Assembly: GCA_965215015.1 (NCBI GenBank)
Contig: OZ244042.1
Span: 3,744,001-3,808,000 of the forward strand
DNA from: Candidatus Poribacteria bacterium
Lineage (GTDB): Bacteria > Poribacteria > WGA-4E > PCPOR2b
DNA: 64,000 nt
Reading direction: 5' to 3'
The notes under the pieces are model-generated. The model was not told the DNA's origin and did no database searches. It worked only from the letters and a program-made list of their open reading frames with translations. The position numbers and the translations under genes are program-made. Positions 22,119 to 31,940 of this stretch are shown here, in pieces; within the stretch, counting starts at the first letter, position 1; every line of letters starts with the position of its first letter.

Positions 22119-24014
22119 ATGGAAGGGCTTAGCTTGGGACCTTTTTTCGGTATTATCGTCGTCATTGCAGCATTTTTTCTGATTATGTTTTTTACCTACA
22201 AAGCGTTATATAAAAAGGCACCTGCTGATGCCGCATTGGTTATTTCAGGCGGCAAAAGTAAGAGTGTTGTCTTTGGTGGTAAAATCGTTAACCCACTCAC
22301 AAAGGAAACACAACTCGTTTCGTTGAATACCATGCAGCTTTTGGTTCAACGGACTGGACCGGATGCCTTAATCACAAAGGATAGTTTGCGTGTCGATATT
22401 GAAGCCCAATTCTATGTGAAGATCGAACCTAATGAACAGGATGTCCTTAATGCCGTTGCAAGTCTTGGGGATAAAACGCTAGAGCCAGACAATGTGAAAT
22501 CATTGCTCGAAGGAAAACTGGTTGGGATACTACGAAGTGTGGCAGCAACAATGGAGCTTCAAGAACTCCATGAAAAGCGTCAAGATTTTTCGGATCAGGT
22601 TCGGGAAAGCTGCAAAGATGACCTTGAACAGAATGGGTTTCAGCTCGAAAGTGTCGCAGTAACCAACCTCGATCAGACCCCGCTTGACCAACTCGATGAA
22701 AACAACCGTTTTGATGTAGTTGCCATCCAAACTATCAATCAAGAGGTTCAAGAGCGGCAAACGCGGACTGAACGCATTAAGCATGAGAACAGGGTCAAAC
22801 AGGAGGAGGATAAGCTGAAAGCGGACCTGGCGATCAAGCAGCAGGAGGAAGCCACGCAGACAGAGAGCCTCGAGGTCGAAAAACGACTGGCATTTGCCCA
22901 AGAGATGCAGCGCAAAGAGGTTGCGACCAATAAAGCGGAACAAGAACGGGTCGTCAAAGAGGCAGAGCTTCGGCAACAACAAGCCCTTGAGGAGGCGCGT
23001 ATCCGTCAGGAAGAAGCGGTAGAATCTTCGCAGATTCAGCAGAAGCAGCGGATTGAAACCGCTCGAATTGATCAGGAACAGCAGGTCCAAGAAGCGGGGA
23101 TTGAACAGAAAAGAGCTTTAGAGACAGCGCGTGTGTCTCAGGAGCAAGAAGTCCAATCTATTGAAATTGAGCGAGACCAAGCAATTGAACAAGCCCGAAT
23201 TGAGCAGGAGCGCACGGTTGAAGAGTCGCGTGTCCGTCAACAACAGGCAATTGAGGAAGCCAATATCGTCAGACGGATCGCGCTTATCGAGAGAAATCGA
23301 GAAGAAAAAGAGACTGAAGCCTCCAGCGAAATTCAGATTGCGTTGAAGGAGAAGGAACGCGAACTTGCTGCTACAGATCGGTTGACTGCAACCGCTGAGC
23401 GCACTAAATCTGAAGCCCAAGTCTTGACGGTGGAAGCGATTGAGGAGGCGGAGCGTAATAGCCGAATCGCGTTAATCAGGGCCGAACAGGAGGCGGATGA
23501 AGAGCGCATTTCAAAAGAGCGGTTGGCAAATGCTGAAGCCTACACTGTTATAGAAGCGGCGAAAGCGGATCGAGAGGCCGCCACTCTCAGAGCGGCAGCG
23601 CAGAAAATCCTCGCTGAGGCGATTCTGGTGGAAGCGAAAGCGAAGGCGGAAGGGGAAGAGGCACTTATTGAAGCGAAGAACACGGCGGATCAGCGGATTC
23701 TGAATAACGAGGCACTGTTGAAACTGATCCAATCCCTGCCCGAGGTCACAGGTCAATTGATGAAGCCTGCGGAACAGATTGAAAGCATCCGCATCCTTGA
23801 TCTTGGCGGAAACGGAGCTCCGGGTGGGAACACGGGTAAGATTTTCGGATCTATCTTGCAGGCTGGTGCAGCATTACCAATGCTGAAGGAGGTTCTGAAT
23901 TTTGGGGGGATTGACGCGCAGAATCTCGCTGAAACTATAAGCCAATATGTTCCTGGCTTGGATCTTGCTGCTAAAACGGAGTCCCCGGAATCAACTGACC
24001 AAGATTCGACATAA
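22119..24014 (+). CDS. Flotillin/SPFH (YqiK-like) protein
   Basis: N-terminal TM, ALITKDSLRVD, LESVAVTNLDQT, long E/Q coiled coil, KPAEQIESIRI; GAGGAGG RBS. Confidence 0.9.
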   Translation: MEGLSLGPFFGIIVVIAAFFLIMFFTYKALYKKAPADAALVISGGKSKSVVFGGKIVNPLTKETQLVSLNTMQLLVQRTGPDALITKDSLRVDIEAQFYVKIEPNEQDVLNAVASLGDKTLEPDNVKSLLEGKLVGILRSVAATMELQELHEKRQDFSDQVRESCKDDLEQNGFQLESVAVTNLDQTPLDQLDENNRFDVVAIQTINQEVQERQTRTERIKHENRVKQEEDKLKADLAIKQQEEATQTESLEVEKRLAFAQEMQRKEVATNKAEQERVVKEAELRQQQALEEARIRQEEAVESSQIQQKQRIETARIDQEQQVQEAGIEQKRALETARVSQEQEVQSIEIERDQAIEQARIEQERTVEESRVRQQQAIEEANIVRRIALIERNREEKETEASSEIQIALKEKERELAATDRLTATAERTKSEAQVLTVEAIEEAERNSRIALIRAEQEADEERISKERLANAEAYTVIEAAKADREAATLRAAAQKILAEAILVEAKAKAEGEEALIEAKNTADQRILNNEALLKLIQSLPEVTGQLMKPAEQIESIRILDLGGNGAPGGNTGKIFGSILQAGAALPMLKEVLNFGGIDAQNLAETISQYVPGLDLAAKTESPESTDQDST

Positions 24015-24385
24015 GGACTGAGCGTGAGGCCGACAGGAGGAAGTTGACAATTGTCTGAATCCGGATTTTCAGGATTCAAGGATTTTCAGGATATACCTCA
24101 ACGCTACAATCCTGACGCTTGTTAGCGGATTGGTAGGCAGATTGTTAGGGGAACCCTGACAATCGCCTAACAGAGAGCTAACAATCCACGCGCAATGAAT
24201 TGCGCGGCTACGAACTGAATTTACGCACTTCATTCCCCCCTGCTGGGACTGAGGGGGGACGGCACGCGGGGTGTGCCTACTATTTTAATGAATGAGTGAG
24301 CTAATCAATTCAATCGGTTTCCGTTGCACGATTGCTTAACATGAGCGGAATCGGTATAACAAGCAATTTGGAATTGTCGATGACG

Positions 24386-24410
24386 GGATAAATGGCAACA
24401 TTCTTGTAAC
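24386..24410 (+). promoter_or_regulatory. Sigma54-like motif upstream of DUF151 and the second pspA
   Basis: GGATAAATGGCAACATTCTTGTAAC, second copy of the 18990 motif. Confidence 0.5.
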
Positions 24411-24452
24411 ATTCCTTACACCATCGGCGGCTCCAATTAAAACTTCAAATTA

Positions 24453-25004
24453 GTGATGAAGGAGTCTACCATGAAAGAAAAAGCCAATGAACATCTCCAA
24501 ATGGATGGAAAGAACATGATCGCGGTTGAAGTGGCGTTTATTTCTATTGATGCGAGTAGTGGTGCACCTATCCTCTTTTTGAGGGAGCTGGAAGGCGATC
24601 CGAGATTGGTGCTGCCGATATGGATTGGACAGGGAGAGGCACTCTCGATTCAGTTTCAGCTCAAAGGTGAACATCCGCTACGTCCGATGACGCATGACCT
24701 CATGAAAAACATCATCGAAAGGCTTGGTGTAACGGTTGATGCGGTCTACGTACATACCATGAAGGACTCAACTTATTTTGGGCAGATCAATGTGGTTGCC
24801 AACGGCAAAACAGTGGAGATTGATGCCCGTCCGAGTGATTCGATTGCGCTCGCCTTGAGATTGAGGGCACCCATCTATGTGGCGGAATCGATTGTTCAAG
24901 AAATCGGTTTCCCTGAGACGGAGTTGAGAGAGGCCGAGCGGCAGCAGTCGAGAGAGGAGTTAGAGCATTTAGATGATGAAACACTGGGAAGGTATACTGT
25001 ATGA
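24453..25004 (+). CDS. Bifunctional nuclease family protein (DUF151)
   Basis: LPIWIG..EA, RPMTHDL, DARPSDSIALALR; true start probably further downstream. Confidence 0.92.
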   Translation: MMKESTMKEKANEHLQMDGKNMIAVEVAFISIDASSGAPILFLRELEGDPRLVLPIWIGQGEALSIQFQLKGEHPLRPMTHDLMKNIIERLGVTVDAVYVHTMKDSTYFGQINVVANGKTVEIDARPSDSIALALRLRAPIYVAESIVQEIGFPETELREAERQQSREELEHLDDETLGRYTV

Positions 25005-25351
25005 ACCAATGGTGCGAGTTTGCAACTGTAATACACTCTCTGATGATGCGTGAAACGTGAAGACAATTTGTTCATTAGTTGATTGGTTCATTAATGAACA
25101 CCCCAATGTAGGTCGAGGTTCATATCTCAACACCCCAATGTTCATAGTGTCAATTTTGAGAGATCGGCTTCATCGGGTGGCGACAGTTAGCGATTTATGG
25201 TCTATCGTGACGCGGAAGGATTTATAACATTCATGTTTCCAATGTGAATGAAGATTGTTAGGGGAGGGCATTCGCCGCGCAATGAATTGCGCGACTACGA
25301 ACTTAAGTGCGTAGTGCCTAAATCACTGATAGAGTAAGGGAGTGATCACCA

Positions 25352-26011
25352 ATGCCGATCTTTGAGAAAATCAGGCGGCTATTCAATTCAAATATAAATG
25401 ACCTCCTCGATCGGGTTGAAGATCCGGAAAAGATTTTGAATCAACTCTTGGAGGATATGCAGCACGAGCTCAAAGAGGTAAAGATTCAAGTTGCTGCGGC
25501 GATTCGGGATGGCAACAAGTTTGAAGCGCAGTATAAGGAGAACTTGGAGAGTGCCGAGAAGTGGGAGAAGCGTGCCATTATGTTCATCCGAAACGGCGAT
25601 GATGCTCGCGCCAAAGAAGCTCTTCGCCGCAAACGGTCTTTCGGCGAGTTGGCAGAGAGTTTTCGTGAGCAATTTGAGGCGCAGCAAGATAGTGTCGCTG
25701 TACTTAAAGATGGGCTGGCAACCTTAGAACAAAAAATTGCAGAGGCAAAGAACAAACGGGCGCTGCTGATTGCTCGCCAAAGACGAGCAGAGGCGGAACG
25801 GAGCATCCATCAAACGATGTCGGGTATTTCCGATTCCAGTGCGTTGAGTGCTTTTGATCGCATCCAGAACCGAGTCCTTGATACAGAAGCGGAGGCGGAA
25901 GCCCTCAGCGAAATGCGTCAACCTAGTTTGGAAGATGAGTTGAACGCGCTCGACCAGAAAGACGAAATTGATGATGAGCTTGCCAAACTCAAAGCCCGCC
26001 TAAAAGACTAG
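25352..26011 (+). CDS. pspA: PspA/IM30 family protein
   Basis: IFEKIRRLFNSNINDLLDRVEDPEK, ending IDDELAKLKARL. Confidence 0.92.
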   Translation: MPIFEKIRRLFNSNINDLLDRVEDPEKILNQLLEDMQHELKEVKIQVAAAIRDGNKFEAQYKENLESAEKWEKRAIMFIRNGDDARAKEALRRKRSFGELAESFREQFEAQQDSVAVLKDGLATLEQKIAEAKNKRALLIARQRRAEAERSIHQTMSGISDSSALSAFDRIQNRVLDTEAEAEALSEMRQPSLEDELNALDQKDEIDDELAKLKARLKD

Positions 26012-26124
26012 TGGTACTGGAATAGAAGCCGAGTTTTTCCGAAAGAACTCCGAAAGAGCTCGGTTTCTGTTCGTGCTTTGCACTTTCTGTTTATAAGAGT
26101 CGAATTGGAAAGGAGTTATATCTG

Positions 26125-26298
26125 ATGGGATTACTGAAAAACCTTGCTATCCTTGTGTTGATATTTTTACTGATTTTGATTGCATTTCGGCTTGTTTTGC
26201 CTGTTATCGCTTGGGCGTTTGAGCTCGCTTTTACCCTCATCGTGCTCGGTGCGATTGGTTTTGCAATCGTCTATCTCTGCTGCAAGCTTCGCACATAA
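26125..26298 (+). CDS. Small 57-aa two-TM membrane protein (absent from the ORF track)
   Basis: GAAAGGAG RBS; MGLLKNLAILVLIFLLILIAFRLVLPVIAWAFELAFTLIVLGAIGFAIVYLCCKLRT; followed by a terminator. Confidence 0.75.
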   Translation: MGLLKNLAILVLIFLLILIAFRLVLPVIAWAFELAFTLIVLGAIGFAIVYLCCKLRT

Positions 26299-26345
26299 CC
26301 TTCGCGATATTCACCTTGGCCATACCCCGATTGAACCAACCACAC

Positions 26346-26383
26346 AAAGCCGGGAGCGAGTATACTTGCTCACCCGGCTTTTT
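26346..26383 (+). terminator. Rho-independent terminator
   Basis: AAAGCCGGG-AGCGAGTATACTTGCT-CACCCGGCTTTTT hairpin with U-tract. Confidence 0.75.
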
Positions 26384-26784
26384 GCATTTAGGCTGCTTAT
26401 TGTATTAGGGGAATTGCATCTGTTATAGGAATTACGTAGCGGGGATCATAGGAAACCTGTGGCTCCTAGTCCATTTCCATTGTCCTATGCCAAAGTCATA
26501 TACACTCACTATTTACATGTGATTGCCCTGGCTTATTGTTTGATGTACTCCTACCCCTAAGGGCTTGGGATTCTGGGATTGCTAGCGGCTTTCCCTAGTA
26601 ATCTTCTTTCAGGTTCTCGACTTGAAGGTTATAAATCCTTAAGAACCCCACCCCAAGCCCCCCTAACCCCCAAGATCTTCAACCTTCTGGTTTCAAACAG
26701 AAGGTTATAGATCCTCCGCAAGCAGGGGAATTTGCTGGTGGAGGGGAATGGGTTTTACCTCTAAAGGATTTTTGATAATTAGGC

Positions 26785-26814
26785 TTGACATGGTTTAAAA
26801 TAAACTGTTATCAT
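26785..26814 (+). promoter_or_regulatory. Putative sigma70 promoter
   Basis: TTGACA-18 bp-TATCAT upstream of 26984. Confidence 0.5.
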
Positions 26815-26983
26815 AAGCCTGATTTTGGGAACGAAAGATTGGATTTCTATTATACGCCAAGTAAAAACTAAGGCTGATGTTAAGAAATCGTGCAACAGAC
26901 CCTGAGTTTTCAACAAAAAACTCGATGTCTCTTCGTGCCATGCACTTTCTTTTAACATGAGCGAAAATTCAATGAGGTGAGTT

Positions 26984-28837
26984 TTGAAAAAGAACTGTTT
27001 TGTATTGATGATAAGCCTCTTCTGCTTGATTGCTCTTCAAGTGGGCGCACAAATTAAATGGGATTCATCGAAATTTATGCGGTTAGCAGAGATTGCGCCC
27101 GGCATGAAAGGGGAGGGATATACCGTCTTTTCTGGCACAACCGTTGAAAAGTTCAACTTTGAGGTGGTCAGCATTGAGTACAATTACTATCCCAATTGGC
27201 ACGTGATATGGGTCAAAGGTAGTGGCGAGAACTTTGAAAAGACGGGTGTCGCCGGCGGTATGAGTGGGAGTCCGATGTATATTAACGGACAGCTCATTGG
27301 CGCGATTTCTCTCGGCTACTTTTATCAGCGTGAACATGCAAACCTCATGGGCGTAACACCCATTGAGTTGATGATTGAAGTGACACAGCGGGGGATGCAG
27401 CCCAATTTGAGCTATCGGGGTGGGACGCGCCTTAACTTTGGGACAGACACGGTTTTAAGTGGCCTGGAAATGTTGCCCCTGATGCCTGATAGGAAACATA
27501 GGCCTGAAGCCCGGATGGAGATGTCCCCGGCTCCCAATCCATTGGAGCGGGCACCCCGTCTTCAGATGCCTGTTGCATTCTCAGGGTTACCGACGGGTGC
27601 GATTGGATTTTTCAAGCAGTTTTTTGACAAATATCATCTCAGTCCGATACAGGGTACGGGCGGTGGTTCACCCGTTGAAAGTGCGCCGATTGAGCCGGGA
27701 CAGATTGTAGGTATTGAGTTGGTCCGAGGGGCTTTCACTGCCTTCGGATACGGTACCATGACCTATATTGAGGGGGATCAACTCTTGGGCTTTGGTCATT
27801 CAATGTTTGGGGAGGGCAATGTCAATCTGCCGCTTTCCGGCGGGCATGTCCACTTCATTTTACCCAGTACGCTCAGATCATCCAAAATTGCTTCTCCAAC
27901 CCAGCCGATTGGCACACTCGTCCAGGACCGTCAGGCGGGCATTGCTGGTTTGATTGGCTCCCATCCCAGTTTTATTCCAGTGAATGCGACCATCCAGACA
28001 ATGGATGGGAAGGTCCACCCCACGCGCTATGAGGTCATCCGCCATCGAGATTTTTCGACGCTGTACACCCTCATCCCTCTTTGGTTCATCATTGATGGTA
28101 TAGAAATCTACAGCGGTGACCACTCTGTCGACGTTGATGCAAAAATTCTGTTGAAGGAGCATCCGAATCTGGCCTCCCGCGAAATTGTTCGGAGAAATGT
28201 GTACTCCTCCAGCGGCTCACCGGGCTTTCAAGCGACCCGGGCACTGACGCCGCTGTTTAGCTTAATTGGCAACCGATATACAAAGGTTGATGTGGAACGC
28301 ATAGACCTCGATATTAAAATGGGGGACAAACGAAAAACGGCGGTCATTGAAGCGGTACGGATCGACAGAGATCGGTATAAGCCCGGGGCAACAATTGAAG
28401 TGACCATGCGTCTGCGTCCCTACCTCGAAGCACCGATTATCCAGACTGGTTCAATTACCGTCCCCAAGGATGCCCCTGAAGGTTTAACTACCCTTCTCGC
28501 TATCAGTCCGTCTTTATATGAAGGTTGGCAGCGGACGCGGGCTCCCTTGAACTACCAGCCGACAAACATCAACCAATTAATTAAACTGTTGCAGCGTGAG
28601 GAAAACAACAGTGACATTATCTTGGAGCTGTTTGTGCCCAAGGTCGGTATGACCGTTCAGGGGGAGGAGTTTCCCGAGCTGCCGGTATCGATGCTCTCCG
28701 TGATGGGTGTAGCGACGCAATCTGGCGAAGGGGGACCGACTCGCGGCACGACGCTGCATTTTGAAAGGGTTACTACACCCTATGTGGTTTCCGGCAGTCG
28801 ATTTTTGCGGTTTACGGTTGACCGCAATGCGCCGTAA
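26984..28837 (+). CDS. Secreted SpoIVB peptidase S55-domain protein
   Basis: GMKGEGYTVFSG, GVAGGMSGSP..GQLIGAIS, GFGH, QDR; signal peptide. Confidence 0.88.
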   Translation: MKKNCFVLMISLFCLIALQVGAQIKWDSSKFMRLAEIAPGMKGEGYTVFSGTTVEKFNFEVVSIEYNYYPNWHVIWVKGSGENFEKTGVAGGMSGSPMYINGQLIGAISLGYFYQREHANLMGVTPIELMIEVTQRGMQPNLSYRGGTRLNFGTDTVLSGLEMLPLMPDRKHRPEARMEMSPAPNPLERAPRLQMPVAFSGLPTGAIGFFKQFFDKYHLSPIQGTGGGSPVESAPIEPGQIVGIELVRGAFTAFGYGTMTYIEGDQLLGFGHSMFGEGNVNLPLSGGHVHFILPSTLRSSKIASPTQPIGTLVQDRQAGIAGLIGSHPSFIPVNATIQTMDGKVHPTRYEVIRHRDFSTLYTLIPLWFIIDGIEIYSGDHSVDVDAKILLKEHPNLASREIVRRNVYSSSGSPGFQATRALTPLFSLIGNRYTKVDVERIDLDIKMGDKRKTAVIEAVRIDRDRYKPGATIEVTMRLRPYLEAPIIQTGSITVPKDAPEGLTTLLAISPSLYEGWQRTRAPLNYQPTNINQLIKLLQREENNSDIILELFVPKVGMTVQGEEFPELPVSMLSVMGVATQSGEGGPTRGTTLHFERVTTPYVVSGSRFLRFTVDRNAP

Positions 28838-29150
28838 TTTTTCAAGATTAGCGGGTCCTGTTGAAGCGTTATTGGTGTATGGGTTGATTGAGGGGTGCTC
28901 ATAAGTATTGTCTGAATTATGGATTAAACTGGTGGCGCAGAAAACACGGATATGGATAGTGTTCTCAGGCGGGAGATGGGGCAGGATGTCCCACCTACGG
29001 GTTTGGGGATATTTTGTTTTTCCCCATTCGGGGTGCGAGTTTCATGGCAGTGGCGTGTTAGTCAATCCGTATGCGTTAACGATTGTGGGGTTTAGGGCAC
29101 GCGGAGCGTGCTTACTACTTTAATGAACTAACTTAACGGAGGATTTCTTC

Positions 29151-31250
29151 TTGATGATGTTTTACCGTGCTTTTTGTATTTTTAGTGTCGTTGTCGTTTT
29201 CTTTTGGATCCATCTCCTACCAGCGTTAGGGGTGACGACCCAGATTTGGGAACAACAGCACCAAAAGGATTTTGAATCTGGCAAGCTCGAAAATGTTTCG
29301 GTCTCAAGTAAGGGTGCGCTGATGTTGGCTCCTAAATTGGAGGCTTTCTTTGAAGATACTCAAGAGATATACGTTTGGTGTCTCGCCGAGGATTCCAAAG
29401 GAAACATCTACGCGGGCACCGGCAATGCGGGCAAAATTTATCGGATGACTCCTGAGGGTGAACCGTCGCTCTTTTATGATTCGCCAGAGGTTTCAATCTT
29501 GACGTTGGCTATTGATTCCAATGACAACATTTATGCCGGTACAGCCCCCGACGGATTAATCTACAAGCTCACTGACGATAGCACCCCGCCGACAACGATT
29601 CTTAGTTCGGAGGAGAGGTATGTTTGGGCGATGACCTTTGATGATGCAGGAAATCTATATGCGGCGACCGGAACCAATGGAAAAATTTACAAGATTATGC
29701 CCGACGGACAGACCAGTGTCCTCTTTGATTCCGACGAGCGTAACCTTTTATGCCTACTCTATCATAACGGGATGCTGTATGCGGGCAGCGATGGCAAAGG
29801 GACTATCTATAGTGTCAAAACAGTGGACGGTGCGGCCACCGTGATTTACCAAACCGGGCAGAAAGAGGTGCGTAGGCTTGTTATTGGGCCGCAGGGGCTA
29901 ATTTACGCTGGAACCATCACAACAGCAGCACCGCAGCCCGGCGGTCCGCCATCACCGCCTACCGGTCCGTCCCCTCCTAGGGGGCGTAACGCTGAAGAAA
30001 AGAAGTCAAGGGTCTATCAGATTCAGCCGGATGGCATCGTGTCTGTTATGTGGGAGGTGCCCGATCCCTTGATTTTGTCGATGGCATTTGATTCGGAGGA
30101 TGGACTTTATATCGGTACAGGCGATAGTGGTAAATTGTACTGGGTCAACGCGGCGGGCGATTCTGTCTTAAAGGGCAAATGTAGTGCGAGCCAGATTCTG
30201 GCGCTGCACCGCACGGCAAATTCAGATCGGTTCCTGCTTGCTACGGGGAATCCTGGAAAAATCTTTGAATTGAAATCGGATTATCTTGCCGAGGGGACCC
30301 TTGAATCCAAGGCATACGATACGAAGATTGTTTCTCGCTGGGGTAAGTTGTCGTGGGAGGGCGTTACGCCGGAAGGAACGGCGATCTCTTTTGCCACCCG
30401 GACTGGCAACACAGAGCAACCAAATAGCATGTGGAAGGATTGGTCAGAAGAATTGACGGCTCCTGAAGCATCCCAAATTACCAGTCCTCCCGCCCGGTAT
30501 ATTCAGTGGCGCGCCAAGCTCACAACGGGTGTGGCTTCTGCGACGCCTGTCCTCAAAAAAGTAACCGTTGCGTCGGTTCAGTCCAATACCGAACCGCGAT
30601 TCACCTCGATTGAGGTTCGCCGGGGCGATGCTCCCGAGAGCCCCGGTCCGCCCAAAGGTGTTAGTATACCGAGGGAAAGTCGGGCCCCCTCCAATCCGGA
30701 GGGAGATAGTACAAAATATACTGCCGCGTGGAAGGTGAAGGACGAAAATGGTGATACCTTACAGTTTAACGTCTATTACAAGGGGGTTGATGAGACGAAT
30801 TGGAAGCTTCTTAAAAAGGAGTTGAAGAAGAGCACCCATGCTTGGGATAGTACCTCAATGTCCGACGGGCGTTACGTCATCAAAGTCAGTGCGACGGACA
30901 AACTCAGCAATCCGCCCAATTTTGCGAAGTCTACCGAGAAGATTAGTGCCCCCTTTGATATTGATAACAGCCAACCGATGGTCACTGGTATAACTGCGAC
31001 AGTGAATGAAGATCGGACCTATCAGATTTCCTGTACGGCGGCAGACTCGTCCGGTTACATCCAGAAAGCGGTCTACAAAATCGACAGCGATGAGGAGTGG
31101 CAGGTCATCTTCCCTGACGATGGCATCTTTGACTCGAAGCGTGAAACCTTGCTACTTCATACCAACCCCCTCCCAGCCGGTGAGCACACCATCACCATTC
31201 GCGTCACCGATGCGGCGGGGAACACGGGTGTTGGGCGGGCGACATTTTAG
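29151..31250 (+). CDS. Secreted beta-propeller protein with C-terminal Ig/FN3-like domains
   Basis: Repeated YAGTG..GKIY blades; TRTGNT..W..WS; GEHTITIRVTDAAGN. Confidence 0.75.
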   Translation: MMMFYRAFCIFSVVVVFFWIHLLPALGVTTQIWEQQHQKDFESGKLENVSVSSKGALMLAPKLEAFFEDTQEIYVWCLAEDSKGNIYAGTGNAGKIYRMTPEGEPSLFYDSPEVSILTLAIDSNDNIYAGTAPDGLIYKLTDDSTPPTTILSSEERYVWAMTFDDAGNLYAATGTNGKIYKIMPDGQTSVLFDSDERNLLCLLYHNGMLYAGSDGKGTIYSVKTVDGAATVIYQTGQKEVRRLVIGPQGLIYAGTITTAAPQPGGPPSPPTGPSPPRGRNAEEKKSRVYQIQPDGIVSVMWEVPDPLILSMAFDSEDGLYIGTGDSGKLYWVNAAGDSVLKGKCSASQILALHRTANSDRFLLATGNPGKIFELKSDYLAEGTLESKAYDTKIVSRWGKLSWEGVTPEGTAISFATRTGNTEQPNSMWKDWSEELTAPEASQITSPPARYIQWRAKLTTGVASATPVLKKVTVASVQSNTEPRFTSIEVRRGDAPESPGPPKGVSIPRESRAPSNPEGDSTKYTAAWKVKDENGDTLQFNVYYKGVDETNWKLLKKELKKSTHAWDSTSMSDGRYVIKVSATDKLSNPPNFAKSTEKISAPFDIDNSQPMVTGITATVNEDRTYQISCTAADSSGYIQKAVYKIDSDEEWQVIFPDDGIFDSKRETLLLHTNPLPAGEHTITIRVTDAAGNTGVGRATF

Positions 31251-31291
31251 TTTATTGGTTCATTTGTCAATAACCCCCTTACCCCGCTAAG

Positions 31292-31402
31292 AACCCCACC
31301 CCTAACCCCTCCCCGCAAGCGGGGAGGGGAAAGGGCCCGCAAGCGGGGAGGGGAAAGGGCCCGCAAGCGGGGAGGGGAAAGGGCCCGCAAGCGGGGAGGG
31401 GC
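31292..31402. repeat. 24-bp tandem repeat of a GCAA-loop hairpin element
   Basis: CCCGCAAGCGGGGAGGGGAAAGGG about 4 times after ACCCCACCCCTAACCCCT; further copies at 31561-31620. Confidence 0.8.
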
Positions 31403-31940
31403 CATTCCACAGCTTGTGTGGTAGGTGAAATCTAACAAGCCACGCGCAATGAATTGCGCGACTACGAACTGGATTTAGGAACTTAATAAGGGAGTTTGTA
31501 AGGGGGGAGGGGAGGAACCTAAGAATCCCACCGAACCTAAGAACCCTACCCAACCTAAGAACCCCACCCCTAACCCCTCCCCGCAAGCGGGGAGGGGAAA
31601 GGGCCCGCAAGTGGGGAGGGAGGACAAGGAGGGTATTTAGTGGGGAGGGGAAAAGGGCCGGGTGGGTATTCGGGATTACCGCCCTCTATCCAAATACCCA
31701 TACGGTATCAGACCGTTCTAGGTTCAATGAGCCAGGACCTGACGGACAACCCACCGGGTATTTAGCAGGGGAAGGGCACGACGGAGCGTTCCTACTGCTA
31801 TTTCTCGCTTCCTTTGGGTTGGGAGTTGGGTTTCACGGTTCTCGTTCAACCCAACTCTGTTCGGAGAGTCTCTGACCTATATGCTGTTAAATGTCAACAC
31901 ACCCTAGTTCATTGGTTCATTTGTCAATGAGGAGAGCTTC

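Noticed and set aside
31247-31610. ORFs with PPRLRALS / PSPLAGPF repeats
   Set aside because: Translation of a 24-bp non-coding hairpin repeat
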